In this document: positions 36,301 to 48,300 of the stretch, one piece after another | Numbering within the stretch: the stretch's first letter is position 1 | Layout of the letters: each line of letters begins with the position of its first letter | NCBI GenBank assembly: GCA_977017645.1 | Contig: OZ360237.1 | Span: forward strand, 44,454,001-44,518,000 | DNA from: Torpedo marmorata | Taxonomy: Eukaryota | Length of the DNA: 64,000 nucleotides | Direction: 5' to 3' | Program-made: the position numbers and the translations under genes | Notes under the pieces: model-generated | Seen by the model: only the letters and a program-made list of their open reading frames with translations | Database searches by the model: none | Told to the model about the DNA's origin: nothing

Positions 36301-39300
36301 CTTCTGAGCACTACATTTTAAGTAAACACAGTGAAGTCACAGCACGATTTAGCTAATGAAGTGCACTGCTGATTATTTCCAGCTACTAATTCCAACGCCT
36401 AGAAATAACCTGCAGTGCACTGCATAGAACATGGTGACAGAAACCTGCATGCACAAAACTGATGGGAAACTGTGCTCCTAATGGCTGGCCAAATCACAGT
36501 TGCAAAAGCAGTGGAGGGGGAAGTGGATGGAATCGTTGAATGCTCATCATGGATATGGTAGAGGAAAAGAAATATTAATAAAGTCATGCTCAACTTAAAG
36601 GGAACTACACATGAGATATCCACAGTATAGAACAAAAATTCTTTCATTTCTTTTTCAGAAATGGTGCTATAAACTCACAATCTTTTAAATAACATATCCA
36701 ATACAAACACAAACAAGAAAGAAAATTAGGTAAATAGCTAAGCAAACAAGCCAACATTCTTGCGAATTGTCTATTCGCAATGTTTTAGTTGAAAGCCTGA
36801 AAGAAATTGTAAATCATAACTCTGTTTTTGATTCATGTTCTTGAGCACATTTAAAGATTGTACATCAACATTTACATCACAGGTTTAATACTGCACCAAA
36901 AGAGTTTCTAATTATCAACATCATAGATAAATGGATAGCTCTGAATATTTTCTGTTTTAAAAAAAAATGGTATCCATTATTGTTTAACAGGTGTCTAACA
37001 GCCACGGGTAAAGGGCAAAATACATGCCAATAGTACACAAGATTGAAAAGATCTCAACTACAAAATATAGGCAACACCAAAACAAATATATAACTTTATC
37101 TGAATACCCTCAACAACACGCAGCGTTTATTGATTGCAATTTTCTTATTTAACACAATGGAACCTTTTCATTACAGGAGGAGCTGCTAGCTGGGCATATC
37201 CAAAATGATAGCAAAAGTATCTTCTTTACAGTTGTACAGATATTGAACTGTAACAAGTCTTTCTAAATTATTTATATAAAATTTTACATGTGTAGATGTT
37301 TTTCAAAATTTACAACTAGAGGGCACTGCACACAACATTGAGATATGAATTTTACAAACAGATTTTGATTTTCTGATTAAAAATATCTCACTCAAATCCT
37401 GGTTAAAAGCGTCCTCAGCATAATTATCTTGCAGCCAAGACAAATCAGCACTGGTTTGTCAGTACACTGAGCACGTCATCTCACATCTGAAATCATGATA
37501 GCTGTAGTTTTCAAGGAGATGAACTGGCAAGTCGATTTAAGTGAAAAAGATGGATAAGGAAATATATTTCAATGAACACATCATTGAATTCAAATGTCTA
37601 GATATGATTCACAGAATCAACATGATCAGTTGTAATATGATACGTAGTACAGTACGTTTCTGATTATCCAAAACGCTCGGGACCGGACCTTTATCGGTTA
37701 ACTGGATTTTTCGGATAACCAAGAAATTGCTTTAAGCAGCCCAGTAGCATCAGCAAAATACTTGTATCGGCTGTCGCCGATCCCCGACACCTCCCCACCG
37801 CAGTTGCCAATCCCCGACACCTCCCCACCGCAGTCGCCAATCCCCAACACCTCCCCACCGCCGACGCCGATCCCCGACACCTCCCCACCGCCGTCGCCGA
37901 TCCCCGACACCTCCCCACCGCCATCGCCGATCCCCGACACCTCCCCACCGCCGTCGCTGCTCCTGCCCGGGAGCCCGAGGTCCCCAATCCTGCCGCAGTC
38001 ACTGATCAGAGCCCCACATGAGCACGTCAGGTGAAAAATTAATTTCAACTTGTGACGTCATGTCGCCGCTGAATTTTTTTTCGGATAACTGAGAATTTCG
38101 GTAAAATTGTTTTCGGATAATCGGAAACGTACTATAATATGATACGTAGTAAAGGGCAGCATGGTTGGCGTAGCGGTTAGCGCAATGCCTTTACAGCGCC
38201 AGCGATCTGGACCAGACCTGAGTTCGAATCCCGCGCTGTCTGTAAGGAGTTTGTACGTTCTCCCCGTGTCTATGTGGGTTTTCTCTGGGGGCTCCGGTTT
38301 TCTCCCACAGTTAAAAAAAAACATACCAGGTTGTAGGTTAATGGGGTGTAATTTGGGAAGCACGGACTCGTAGGGCCGAATTGGCCTGTTACAGTGCTGT
38401 ATCTCTAATTTTAAAAAAAAAATTAAATTACCGTGTTTGATGGCATATAGGACCCACTGGCATATAGGACACCCCCCCCCCCCATTTTTAGCGTGAGATT
38501 TCAGGAAAAAATTGTTTTAGTGTATTTACCTTCACAGCAGCAACACGTCCTCCTGCCCGCCGCACGCCGAGGCTCAGGCTGCTTCCCCCCCCCCACCGTC
38601 CAAACGCTAATTGATTGACAGGTGTGACCGGACCTGCGGGCGTGCGAGGGTGGGAGGGAGAGAAGCCAGGACAACGGGCAGGGCCCAGGCCCACCGTCGT
38701 GGGGAGCAGACGATCGATCGCTTGATTTGAGGGGAGCGCTGGGCCTCGGTGATCAGGCTCCACGCTGAGCCTTTGTTCGACGCGCACGGCCCCCCGAACA
38801 GATTGAATGAGGCGTGGGTGGCAGTGAGCGAGCGGGCAGCCTGTTGAGCTGAGCTTGACAGGCCACTCGCTCACTGCCACCCGCCCCCGCGCCTCATTCA
38901 ATTTGCTCGATGGTTCGTGTTCGTCGAACAAAGGCTGATCATCGAGGCCCAGCGCTCCCCTCAAAGCACTGTTGGTGAAAGCGAGCGGGCGGGGAGAGAG
39001 AGGGGGAGAGCGAGCGGGCGGGGAGACAGCGGGTGGGGAGACAGCGGGCGAGAGTGAGTGAGCGGGCGGGGAGAGAGCGGGCGAGTGCGAGCGGGTGGGC
39101 GGGGAGAGCGAACGGGCGGGAGCGGGAAAGAGCGAGCTAGCGGGCGGGTGGGGCGAGCGAACGGGAGGGAGAAAGCGAGCCTTCTTACCGGGGGAAGTGA
39201 GCGGCGGCGAGTCCGGAAAGCACGGGCCACCCAAGAGAACGTGGTCCGCAAAGCTGCGGTCCCGCTTCTTGGACTCCACTCGGTGCCCAAAATGGCGGCA

Positions 39301-42300
39301 CCAAAATGTCACCTTCGCGTATAAGACCCGGGGTGGTTTTTGAGGTGATTTTTTGGTAAAAACAGGGGGTCTTATATGCCGTCAAATACGTTAATTCTAA
39401 TTTGCCAAAAAATAATGTGATTTTAAATCTGTTACACCAACTCAATACCAAAGTTTATAAACTTTAATTAAAACAGAAATCAGGACCATGTAGGTTCTGA
39501 AGAAAGTGAGGCTCCCTCAAATGAATTTATGTCTCAAAACCAGCCAATAGAAATGCAACCACAATTGTATGATTGGTAGAATGGCATTTTCTGCAAAAGG
39601 GTCATGGTAGAAAATGTCACACAGAATCTCACATCTTCAGTCAGCCTCAGTGCTTCATTCTGTTATTAATAATTTCTGTATCTCCCCAAATATACATTTT
39701 CAAGAGGTTTAAGGTTATATATTTTATTTAGTCAGTTCATCTCTTTTCCTAAAGGTAGAGCTTAATTTGAAGGGGCACACCAATACGCAGACTTTAGCAT
39801 AGGACAAACAATATCTAAAAAACAGGGGTTCAATTCTGCACATCCAAAGGAATGGTGATCAGAATAGCTTTCAAGCTTCATCAGCACCTTTAAAGGTTAT
39901 TTAACTGATGAATGAAAATATTTTCTTCAAACACGTTTTTCTAAATTTTATTGCCAATGCATTATCAACCAGTATTGTGAATCAAGACGAGAATAGAGTG
40001 GTCAACAGTCCAAAATTGCCCTGGCAATTCCAGATAATAAAGCTGAATTTAAGCACATCAGAATAGAAATTGTGTGGTTTATTTAAAAGGGAAAAAATAT
40101 TCTGGATTAATCAAGAATCACCCAATTGGGGAAAAAGTGCTTGCTTTCCTTCCAAATGGTGGTCAAGTAAGCACTCCAAGAAAATTGTCAAGGCAAAAGG
40201 GAGAAATAGGGAGACTGCTGGTGGGAAGATATCTTGATGGAGTTAGCAACCAAACTGAGATTGAAGGATTTTCAACATGTTCCCTGAGAGCAGTTCACAA
40301 ATGGAACACAAAACAAACTACTGGAGAAACTCAGCGGGTTAGGCAGCATCTGTGGAGGCAAAGTAATAGCTGGCACTTCATGTCAAGAGCCTGCATCAGG
40401 ACAGTCTCTCAGCCTCCACAGACTCTGCCTGACCATAGAAGTTTTTGCTCCAGGTTACAACATCTGCGGTCTATTTTGTCTCACAAGGATTTTGATGATG
40501 ACACTGCAAAGATCAGTTTAAATTCTAGCTTGAAAATCTACCTAGCAGCCCATGCCTCAACTGGAAGAAATATGACAAAATAGCAGATCCCTAAACAGAA
40601 GTTCAATGGACTTTTAACCAGGTCATTCATCCGTTACAATATTTGACATTTGAAAAATGTAAGTCACATGATTTGTTCAAAATGAGAATCAGAGAGCCCC
40701 ATATTTTACCTTCTCTTTCTTCCTCAATTTGTGTCATCCTTAATTCCATGACTCCCCTCTCATCTTTGGCATGATTCCGTGCTGACTCTGAAACCATTTC
40801 TTGCCACTCAATCAGACGGCTCTGAAGTTCTTCCGCACTTCCAGATTCACTTGTCTACAGAGACATTAGACACAATGCACCATCATCCACTCAGTTAATT
40901 GGGTAATTACTGTGCTGTTTTATGCTCTATGTTCTAATTAGATTCTTGTTGATGCCATAAGAAGCATGAGCAAGTGGCCATGAGATAAAAGACGAAGGAT
41001 TCTGGATGTTTGCCTCATGGTCATGTTTAATTAATAATATAACAAGCTGATTCGAGGTTTAGACTTGTGCAGCAAGACTGCCTGAGGTGTAATGAGCAAA
41101 CAGCTTCCTTCGGACAAATCCCCTGGTCCTGATGAAATGCATCCCAGGGTTCTGAGGGAAATGGCAGAAGTTATAGTCGATGCATTGGTGGTCATATACC
41201 AAAATTCTCTGGATTCTGGGCAGGTCCCGGCAGATTGGAAGACAGCAAATGTCACGCCATTTTTTAAGAAGGGATGTAGGCAGAAGACTGGGAACTATCA
41301 GCCAATTAGCTTAACGTCTGTAGTTGGGAAAATGCTTGAAGCTGTCATTAAGGATGAAATAGTGAGACATTTAGAACGAAGGGGTTCAATCAGGCAGACA
41401 CAGCATGGGTTGAGGAAAGGCAGATCTTGTTTGACAAACTTGTTAAGGGTTCTTTGAGGACATAATGGCTGCGGTAAATAGAGGGGATCAGGTTAATGTT
41501 GTATATTTGGATTTCCAGAAGCGTTTGATAAGGTGCCGCACAAGAGACTTATCAGTAAGTTACAGGTGAATGGAGTCCAGGGAAGTATATTGGCATGGAT
41601 TGAGGATTGGTTGTCTGACAGGAGGCAGAGAGTCAGGATAAATGGGTGTTTTTCTGATTGGCAGACAGTGGTAAGTGGGGGGCCGCAGGGGTCGGTGCTG
41701 GGTTCACAACTGTTCATCATTTACATCGATGATTTGGAGGAGGGGACAAAATGTGGTGTAGCCAAGTTTGCGGATGATACTAAATTGAGTGAAAGAGGAT
41801 GTGGAGAGGCTGCAGAGGGATATAGTTAAGTTAGGTGAGTGGGCAAAGGTCTGGCAGATGGAGTACAATGTTAGTAAGTGCAAGGTTATTCACTTTGGCA
41901 AGAAAAATAAAAGAGCAGAGTATTATTTAAATGGTGAAAAACTGCAGCATGCTGTTGTGCAGAAGGACTTGGGAGTGCTTGTGTACAAATCGCAAAAAGT
42001 TGGGTTGCAGGTGCCGCAGGTTATTAAGAAGGCAAATGGAATGTTGGCCTTCATCGCAAGAGGAATTGAATTCAGTAGCAAGGAGGTAATGTTGCAACTG
42101 TACAAGGTACTGTTAGAACCGTACCTGGAGTACTGTGTGCAGTTCTGGTCTCCATATCTGAGGAGGGATATACTGGCCTTGGAGGCAGTCCAGAGGAGGT
42201 TTACTAGGTTGATCCCTGAGATGAAGGGGTTGACTTATGATAAAAGATTAAATCGTCTGGGATTATACTCGCTCGAGTTCAGAAGAATGAAAGGAGATCT

Positions 42301-45300
42301 TATAGAAACATATAGAATTATGAAGGGGATGGATAGGATAGAGGTAGGAAGGTTTTTTTCACTGGAGGGTGAGGCCAAAACTAGGGGACACAGCCTCAAG
42401 ATTCGGGGGAGTAGATTTAGGACAGAGATGAGGAAAAACAGTTTTTCCCAAAGAGTGGTGAATTTGTGGAATTCTCTACCCAGGGAAGCAGTTGAGGCTG
42501 CTTCATTGAACATATTTAAGGTTCAGTTGGATAGATTTTTACATAAAAAAATTAGGGGATATGGGGAAAGGGCAGGTAGGTGGAGTAAGGTCATTGATCA
42601 GATCAGCCATGATGTTGTTGAATGGCGGAGCAGGCTCGATGGGCCAGTTGCCCTACTCCTGTTCCTACTTTCTTATGTTCTTATGTTCCTTCTGTTTTGT
42701 CACATAAAACAATGAATTCCACGGTGAAAAATACAGTTAAGGAAAGTTTGCCTTCAATTATTCTCTGCAGGAAATTATTTGATGATTTCAGTGATTTTTC
42801 AGATATAAGTAAAGGTATTCTAATTGTATTTAAAATGAATAGACTTATAGGTATTGCAACATGATCTGTATTTTTTGAAATACAACCAAAATATATGGTT
42901 TCAGTACATTAATATTGTAATATAAACTGAAGAATCAATTATCTGGAAACATATCATGAATAATTTTTTTTCATGACCAGTCCTCATTATAAATTGGCCT
43001 GTGATCCAAAAAAAGGACCAGAAATCAAAAGCCTCGTTCACACTGGCTAACCAGTAAATTGGCCGTTCAGTGTCCAAGTGTCCCGGTTAAAGAAGCCATT
43101 TTTGCTGTTCACACTGGGCCACTGTTAACCAGGACACTGCGTCCTTTCACATTCACCACAAGGCATGCCCGGGGATAGGAGAACCTACCTTCCACCGGAA
43201 ACGTCATCAATGCATCACTATTTGGTCCCAGGATACCAATTGTCCCTTTCACACTGGGCTAATCAGCACGCAGGCGTCAGTTGACGCCGGGGATGAGAGA
43301 AGGGGTCTAGGCCGTCCATCCCCAGCGTGATTTGACGCCGGAGTGCCGATTCTGGAGCGTTCACACTGGACCCTTAATCGGTAAATTGGCCGTCAATTAC
43401 TAGGACAAGGTGCCAGTGTGAAAGGGGCTAAAGTCATCAGGATTCATCTTCTGAGTTACAAGTTAGGTTTGTTAATGTCAGCCATAATATTTGCTCATAT
43501 AATGCAGGAATAGGCCATTTCAGGCCATGAGCCTTAATCAATTATTCCACAAGATCATGTCAGATCTCATCTTTGGTCTCAACATTTAGACAATTCCCAT
43601 AACCCTAAATTTTCTTGCAGTGCAAAATTCTACTTATCTTATCCTTGAAGAAACAGCTCTGTAGGGTAAAGAATTCAAAAAGTTCAAAATTCCTCCTCAT
43701 CCCAGTCTTCAAGACAATCCTGAGATTATCCATGATGAGCTCGTTGACTTCATCCACTTTGCTGCCAACTTCCACCCTGACTTCAAAATCACTTGGTCCA
43801 TCTCAAGCTACACTCTCTATTTCCTCGATCTCTCGGTCTCCATCTCAGGAGACAAACTCTTGACAGACATCTTCTATAAACCCACCAACTCCCACAGCTA
43901 CCTCAACTACACCTCTTCCCACCCTGTCCCCTGTAAGGATTCCATTCCATTCTCTCAATTCCTCCGTCTCCGTAGCATCTGCACCCAGGATGAGGACTTC
44001 AATGCCAGATCATCAGAGATGTCCTCCTTCTTCAAACATCGTGGCTTTCCCTCTATCACCATCAACTCGGCACTCACCCGCATATCCTCCATTACCCGCA
44101 CATCTGCCCTGGCCCCCTCCGCCCCCACGCGCAACAAGGACAGGATTCCTCTTGTCCTCACCTACCACCCCACCAGCCTCCGCATCTAACACATCCTCCT
44201 CTGCCATTTCCGCCACCTACTACATGATCCCACCACTAGACACATAATCCCCTCTCCTCCCATATATAACCATATAACAATTACAGCACAGAAACAGGCC
44301 AGTTCGGCCCTTCTAGTCCATGCCGAACACCTTCTCCCACCTAGTCCCACTGACCCGCACCCGGCCCATAACCCTCCACACCTCTCTCGTCCATATACCT
44401 ATCCAACCTTTCCTTAAACATTAAAATTGAACCTGCATCTACCACTTTGGCCGGAAGCTCGTTTCACACTCCCACCACCCTCTGAGTGAATAAATTCCCC
44501 TTCATGTTTCCTCTAAACTTTTCCCCTTCAATCTCAATCCATGCCCTCTTGTTTGAATCTCTCCCACTCTCAATGGAAAAAGCCTGTCCACATTGACTCT
44601 ATCTGTCCCCTTTATAATTTTAAATACCTCTATCAAATCACCCCTCAATCTTCTACGCTCCAGGGTATAAAGTCCCAGCCTGCTCAACCTTTCCCTGTAT
44701 CTCAAACCCAGAAACCCAGGCAACATTCTTGTAAATCTTCTCTGCACTCTCTCTATTCTGTTTATATCCTTCCTATAATTCGGCGACCAAAACTGCACAC
44801 AATATTCCAAATTTGGCCTCACCAATGCCTTATACAACTTCAACATGACATCCCAACTCCTGCATTCAATACTCTGATTTATGAAGGCCAACGTACCAAA
44901 TGCTTTCTTCACCACCCTATCTACGTGTGACTCAACTTTCAGGGATTTATGTACCAGAATTCCTAAATCCCTATGTTCTGCTGCACTCCTCAATTGTCTT
45001 CCATTTAACACGTATGACCTTTGCTGATTAGTCCTACCAAAATGTAGCACCTCACATTTATCAGTATTAAACTCCATCTGCCATGTTTCAGCCCACTCTT
45101 CTAACTGTCCTGTATCCCCCTGCAAGCTTTGATAACCCTCTTCACTGTCCATAACACCACCAATCTTCGTATCATCTGCATACTTACTAATCCAATTTAC
45201 CACCCTATCATCTAGATCATTAATATATATGACAAACAACAATGGACCCAGTACCGATCCCTGAGGCACTCCACTAGTCACCGGCCTCCAATTAGACAAA

Positions 45301-48300
45301 TAATTTTCCACCACTACTCTCTGGCATCTCCAATCCAACCATTGTTGAATCCATTTCACTACTTCGACGTTAATACCTAATGCTTGAACCTTCCTAACTA
45401 GCCTCTTATGCGGAACCTTGTCAAATGCCTTACTAAAGTCCATAAAGACAACATCCACAGCCTTCCCCTCGTCAACCTTCTTAGTAACCTCCTCGAAAAA
45501 CTCTATGAGATTTGTTAAACATGATCTACCATGCACAAAACCGTGTTGACTACTCTTAATCAATGCATGTCTTTCCAAATAACTGTATACATCATCTCTA
45601 AGAACACTCTCCATTAATTTACCCACCACCGATGTCAGACTCACAGGCCTATAATTTCCCATCTCCGCCTTCCGCAGGGACCGCTCCCTCCGTGACTCCC
45701 TTGTCCACTCCTCCCTCCCCACCAATCGTCCCCTTTGGACCTACCCCTGTGACCGCAGATCAGAATCAGAATCAGAATTTATTGTCATGAACAAGTCATG
45801 AAATTCGGTGTTTTGCGGCAGCATCATAGTGCAATTAACATTCATATTAACCATCTAACGACATTACTATAAAAAATTATAAACAATAGTGCACGAAAAG
45901 TAAGGCAGTGTCTTTGGTTCATTGATTATTCAGGAATCTGATGGCAGCGGGGAAGAAGCTGTCCTTGTGCCGTTGAGTGCTCGACTTTAGGCTCCTGTAC
46001 CTTTTTCCCGATGGAAGCAGAGTGAAGAGGGCATGGCCTGGGTGGTGGGAGTCCTTGAGGATAGAGGCTGCTTTTTTAAGACACCGCCTCATGTAGATGT
46101 CCTCGATGGAGTGAGGTTTGGTGCCTGTGATGTCACAGGCCGAGTTAACAACCTTCTGGAGTTTACTCTTGTCCTGGGAGTTGGCACCTCCATACCAGGC
46201 AGTGATGCAACCAGCCAGAATGCTCTCCACGGTACACCTGTAGAAGTTTACGAGAGTCTTTGGTGACATACCGAATCTCCACAAATACCTCACAAAGTAT
46301 AGCCGCTGACGAGCCTTCTTTGTGGTTGCATCCACGTGGATGCTCCAGGACAGATCCTCAGAGATGTTGACACCCAGGAATTTAAAGTTCTTGACCCTCT
46401 CCACGACTGAGCCCTCGATGAGGACTGGGTCGTGTTCCCCTGACTTCCTCCTGAAGTCCACAATCATCTCCTTGGTTTTGCTGACGTTGAGCTCAAGGTT
46501 GTTGCCATTACACCATTCAACGAGCTGAGCTATCTCCCTCCTGTACGCTTCCTCATTGCCGTTTGTGATTCTGCCGACAACTGTGGTGTCATCGGCAAAC
46601 TTGTATATGGCATTGGAATTGTGCCTGGCCACACAGTCATGAGTGTATAACGAGTAGAGCAGTGGACTAAGCACGGATCCTTGGGGTGCGCCTGTGTTGA
46701 TAATCAGTGAGGAGGAGATGTTGTTTCCAATTCGTACTGACTGTGGTCTTCCGATGAGAAAGTCAAGGATCCAGTTGCAGAGTGGGGTACAGAGGCCTAG
46801 AGTTTGTAGCTTCTTGACCAGCACTGAGGGAATAATGGTATTGAAGGCCGAGCTGTAGTCGATGAAGAGCAACCTTATGTATGAATTGCTGTTTTTGAGG
46901 TGGTCCAGAGCTGAGTGGAGAGCCAGCGATATTGCATCTGCTGTGGAGCGATTGTGACGATAGGCGAATTGCAGTGGGTCCATATCTTTGCTCCACTTGC
47001 GCCCACACCTCCTCCCTCAGCACCATTCGGGGCCCTAAACAGTTCTTCCAAGTGAAGCAACATTTCATTTGTGAATATGCAGGGGTCATCTACTGCATCC
47101 GGTGCTCCCGCTGTGGTCTCCTCTACATCGGAGAGACTGGACGCAGACTGGGAGGTAGCTTTGTTGAGCACCTCGGCTCTGTCCGCTGCAATAGCGTGGA
47201 TCTCCCAGTGGCCACCCATTTCAATTCTCCATCCCATTCCCTTGCCGACATGTCTGTCCATGGTCTCATGTACTGCCAGACTGAGACCACCCGTAAATTG
47301 GAGGAACAACACCTCATCTTCCGACTGGGCACCCTCCAACCGGATGGCATTAATATCGACTTCTCTGGCTTTTGTTTAAAACCTCCCCCCCACCCACTTC
47401 TTCCCCTGTCGTCTCTCCATTCCCTGTCTCCTTTCACACAGACATGATAAATTCTACCTAGTCCCTTATCGTATCCAATTAACACCTTTTGTTGGTCTGG
47501 ATTCCTCCCCCATTGTTTAAATTCTGAGGCTTTCTGATATATCCTGCTTCTGCCTTTTCTGATTTTTCCTTGAAGAAAGGCAACATGTGCCTGGAGGGTG
47601 AGGAGGTCCTAAACAAATACTTTGCTTCAGTATTCACAAGAGAAAAGGACCTTGATCAGGGTGAGGTCAGAATAGAACAGGCTTGTGTGCTGGACAGTGT
47701 TGAGATTAAGGAAGAGGAGGTGTTGGATCTTCTTAAAAACATTAAGATTGGTAACTCCCCGGGGCCGGACACGATATACCCCAGGTTGCTGGGGAAGTGA
47801 GGGAAGAGATAGCTGGGGCAGTAGCTATGATCTTTGAGTCCTCTTTGGCCACAGTAAGGCATTTGACAAGGGCCCCCATGAGAGACTCGTTCAGAAAGTC
47901 TTGAGGCATGGGATCCATGGACCCTTGGCTGTGTGGATAAAAAAATTGGCTTGCAGGAAGAAAGCAGAGAGTAGTAGTGGAAGGAAAGTATTCTTCCTGA
48001 AGATCACTGACTAGTGGAGTACCGCAAGGGTCTGTTCTGGGACCCCTGCTTTTTGTGATTTTTATAAATGACCTGGATGAAGAGGCGGAAGTATGGGTCA
48101 ATAAGTTTGCGGATGATACGAAGGTTGGAGGAGTTGTGGATGGAGCTGAAGGTTGTTGAAGGTTACAAAAGGATACAGACAGGATGCAGAGTTGGGCGGA
48201 AAAGTAGCAGATGGAGTTCAATCCTGTAAGTGTGAGGTGATGCACTTTGGAAGGACAAACCAGAAGGCTGAGTACAGGGTTGATGGTCGGTTACTTAGGA

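Larger units (their letters stand above)
43722..47580 (+). mobile_element. Penelope-like retroelement (RT thumb plus GIY-YIG endonuclease), split into three pieces: 43722-44260, 45661-45757, 46988-47580
   Basis: [40 protein letters not shown] (PLE RT) and [23 protein letters not shown]...EH...[18 protein letters not shown] (GIY-YIG). Confidence 0.92.

Noticed and set aside
37691-38048. Gly-rich and Pro-rich repeat proteins; CRISPR-like array
   Set aside because: Translations of a 30-bp minisatellite with no unique spacers; eukaryotic intron
38488-39343. 274-aa Pro/Ser/Arg-rich ORF and overlapping ORFs; host-gene CpG-island promoter
   Set aside because: Low-complexity GC-rich interior bounded by transposon TIRs, mid-intron
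44502-45725. 407-aa ORF as a novel chimeric gene
   Set aside because: CR1 RT fragment whose first ~22 aa are antisense Penelope sequence read across an insertion junction
46932-47447. Stand-alone GIY-YIG nuclease gene
   Set aside because: It is the endonuclease moiety of the fragmented Penelope element
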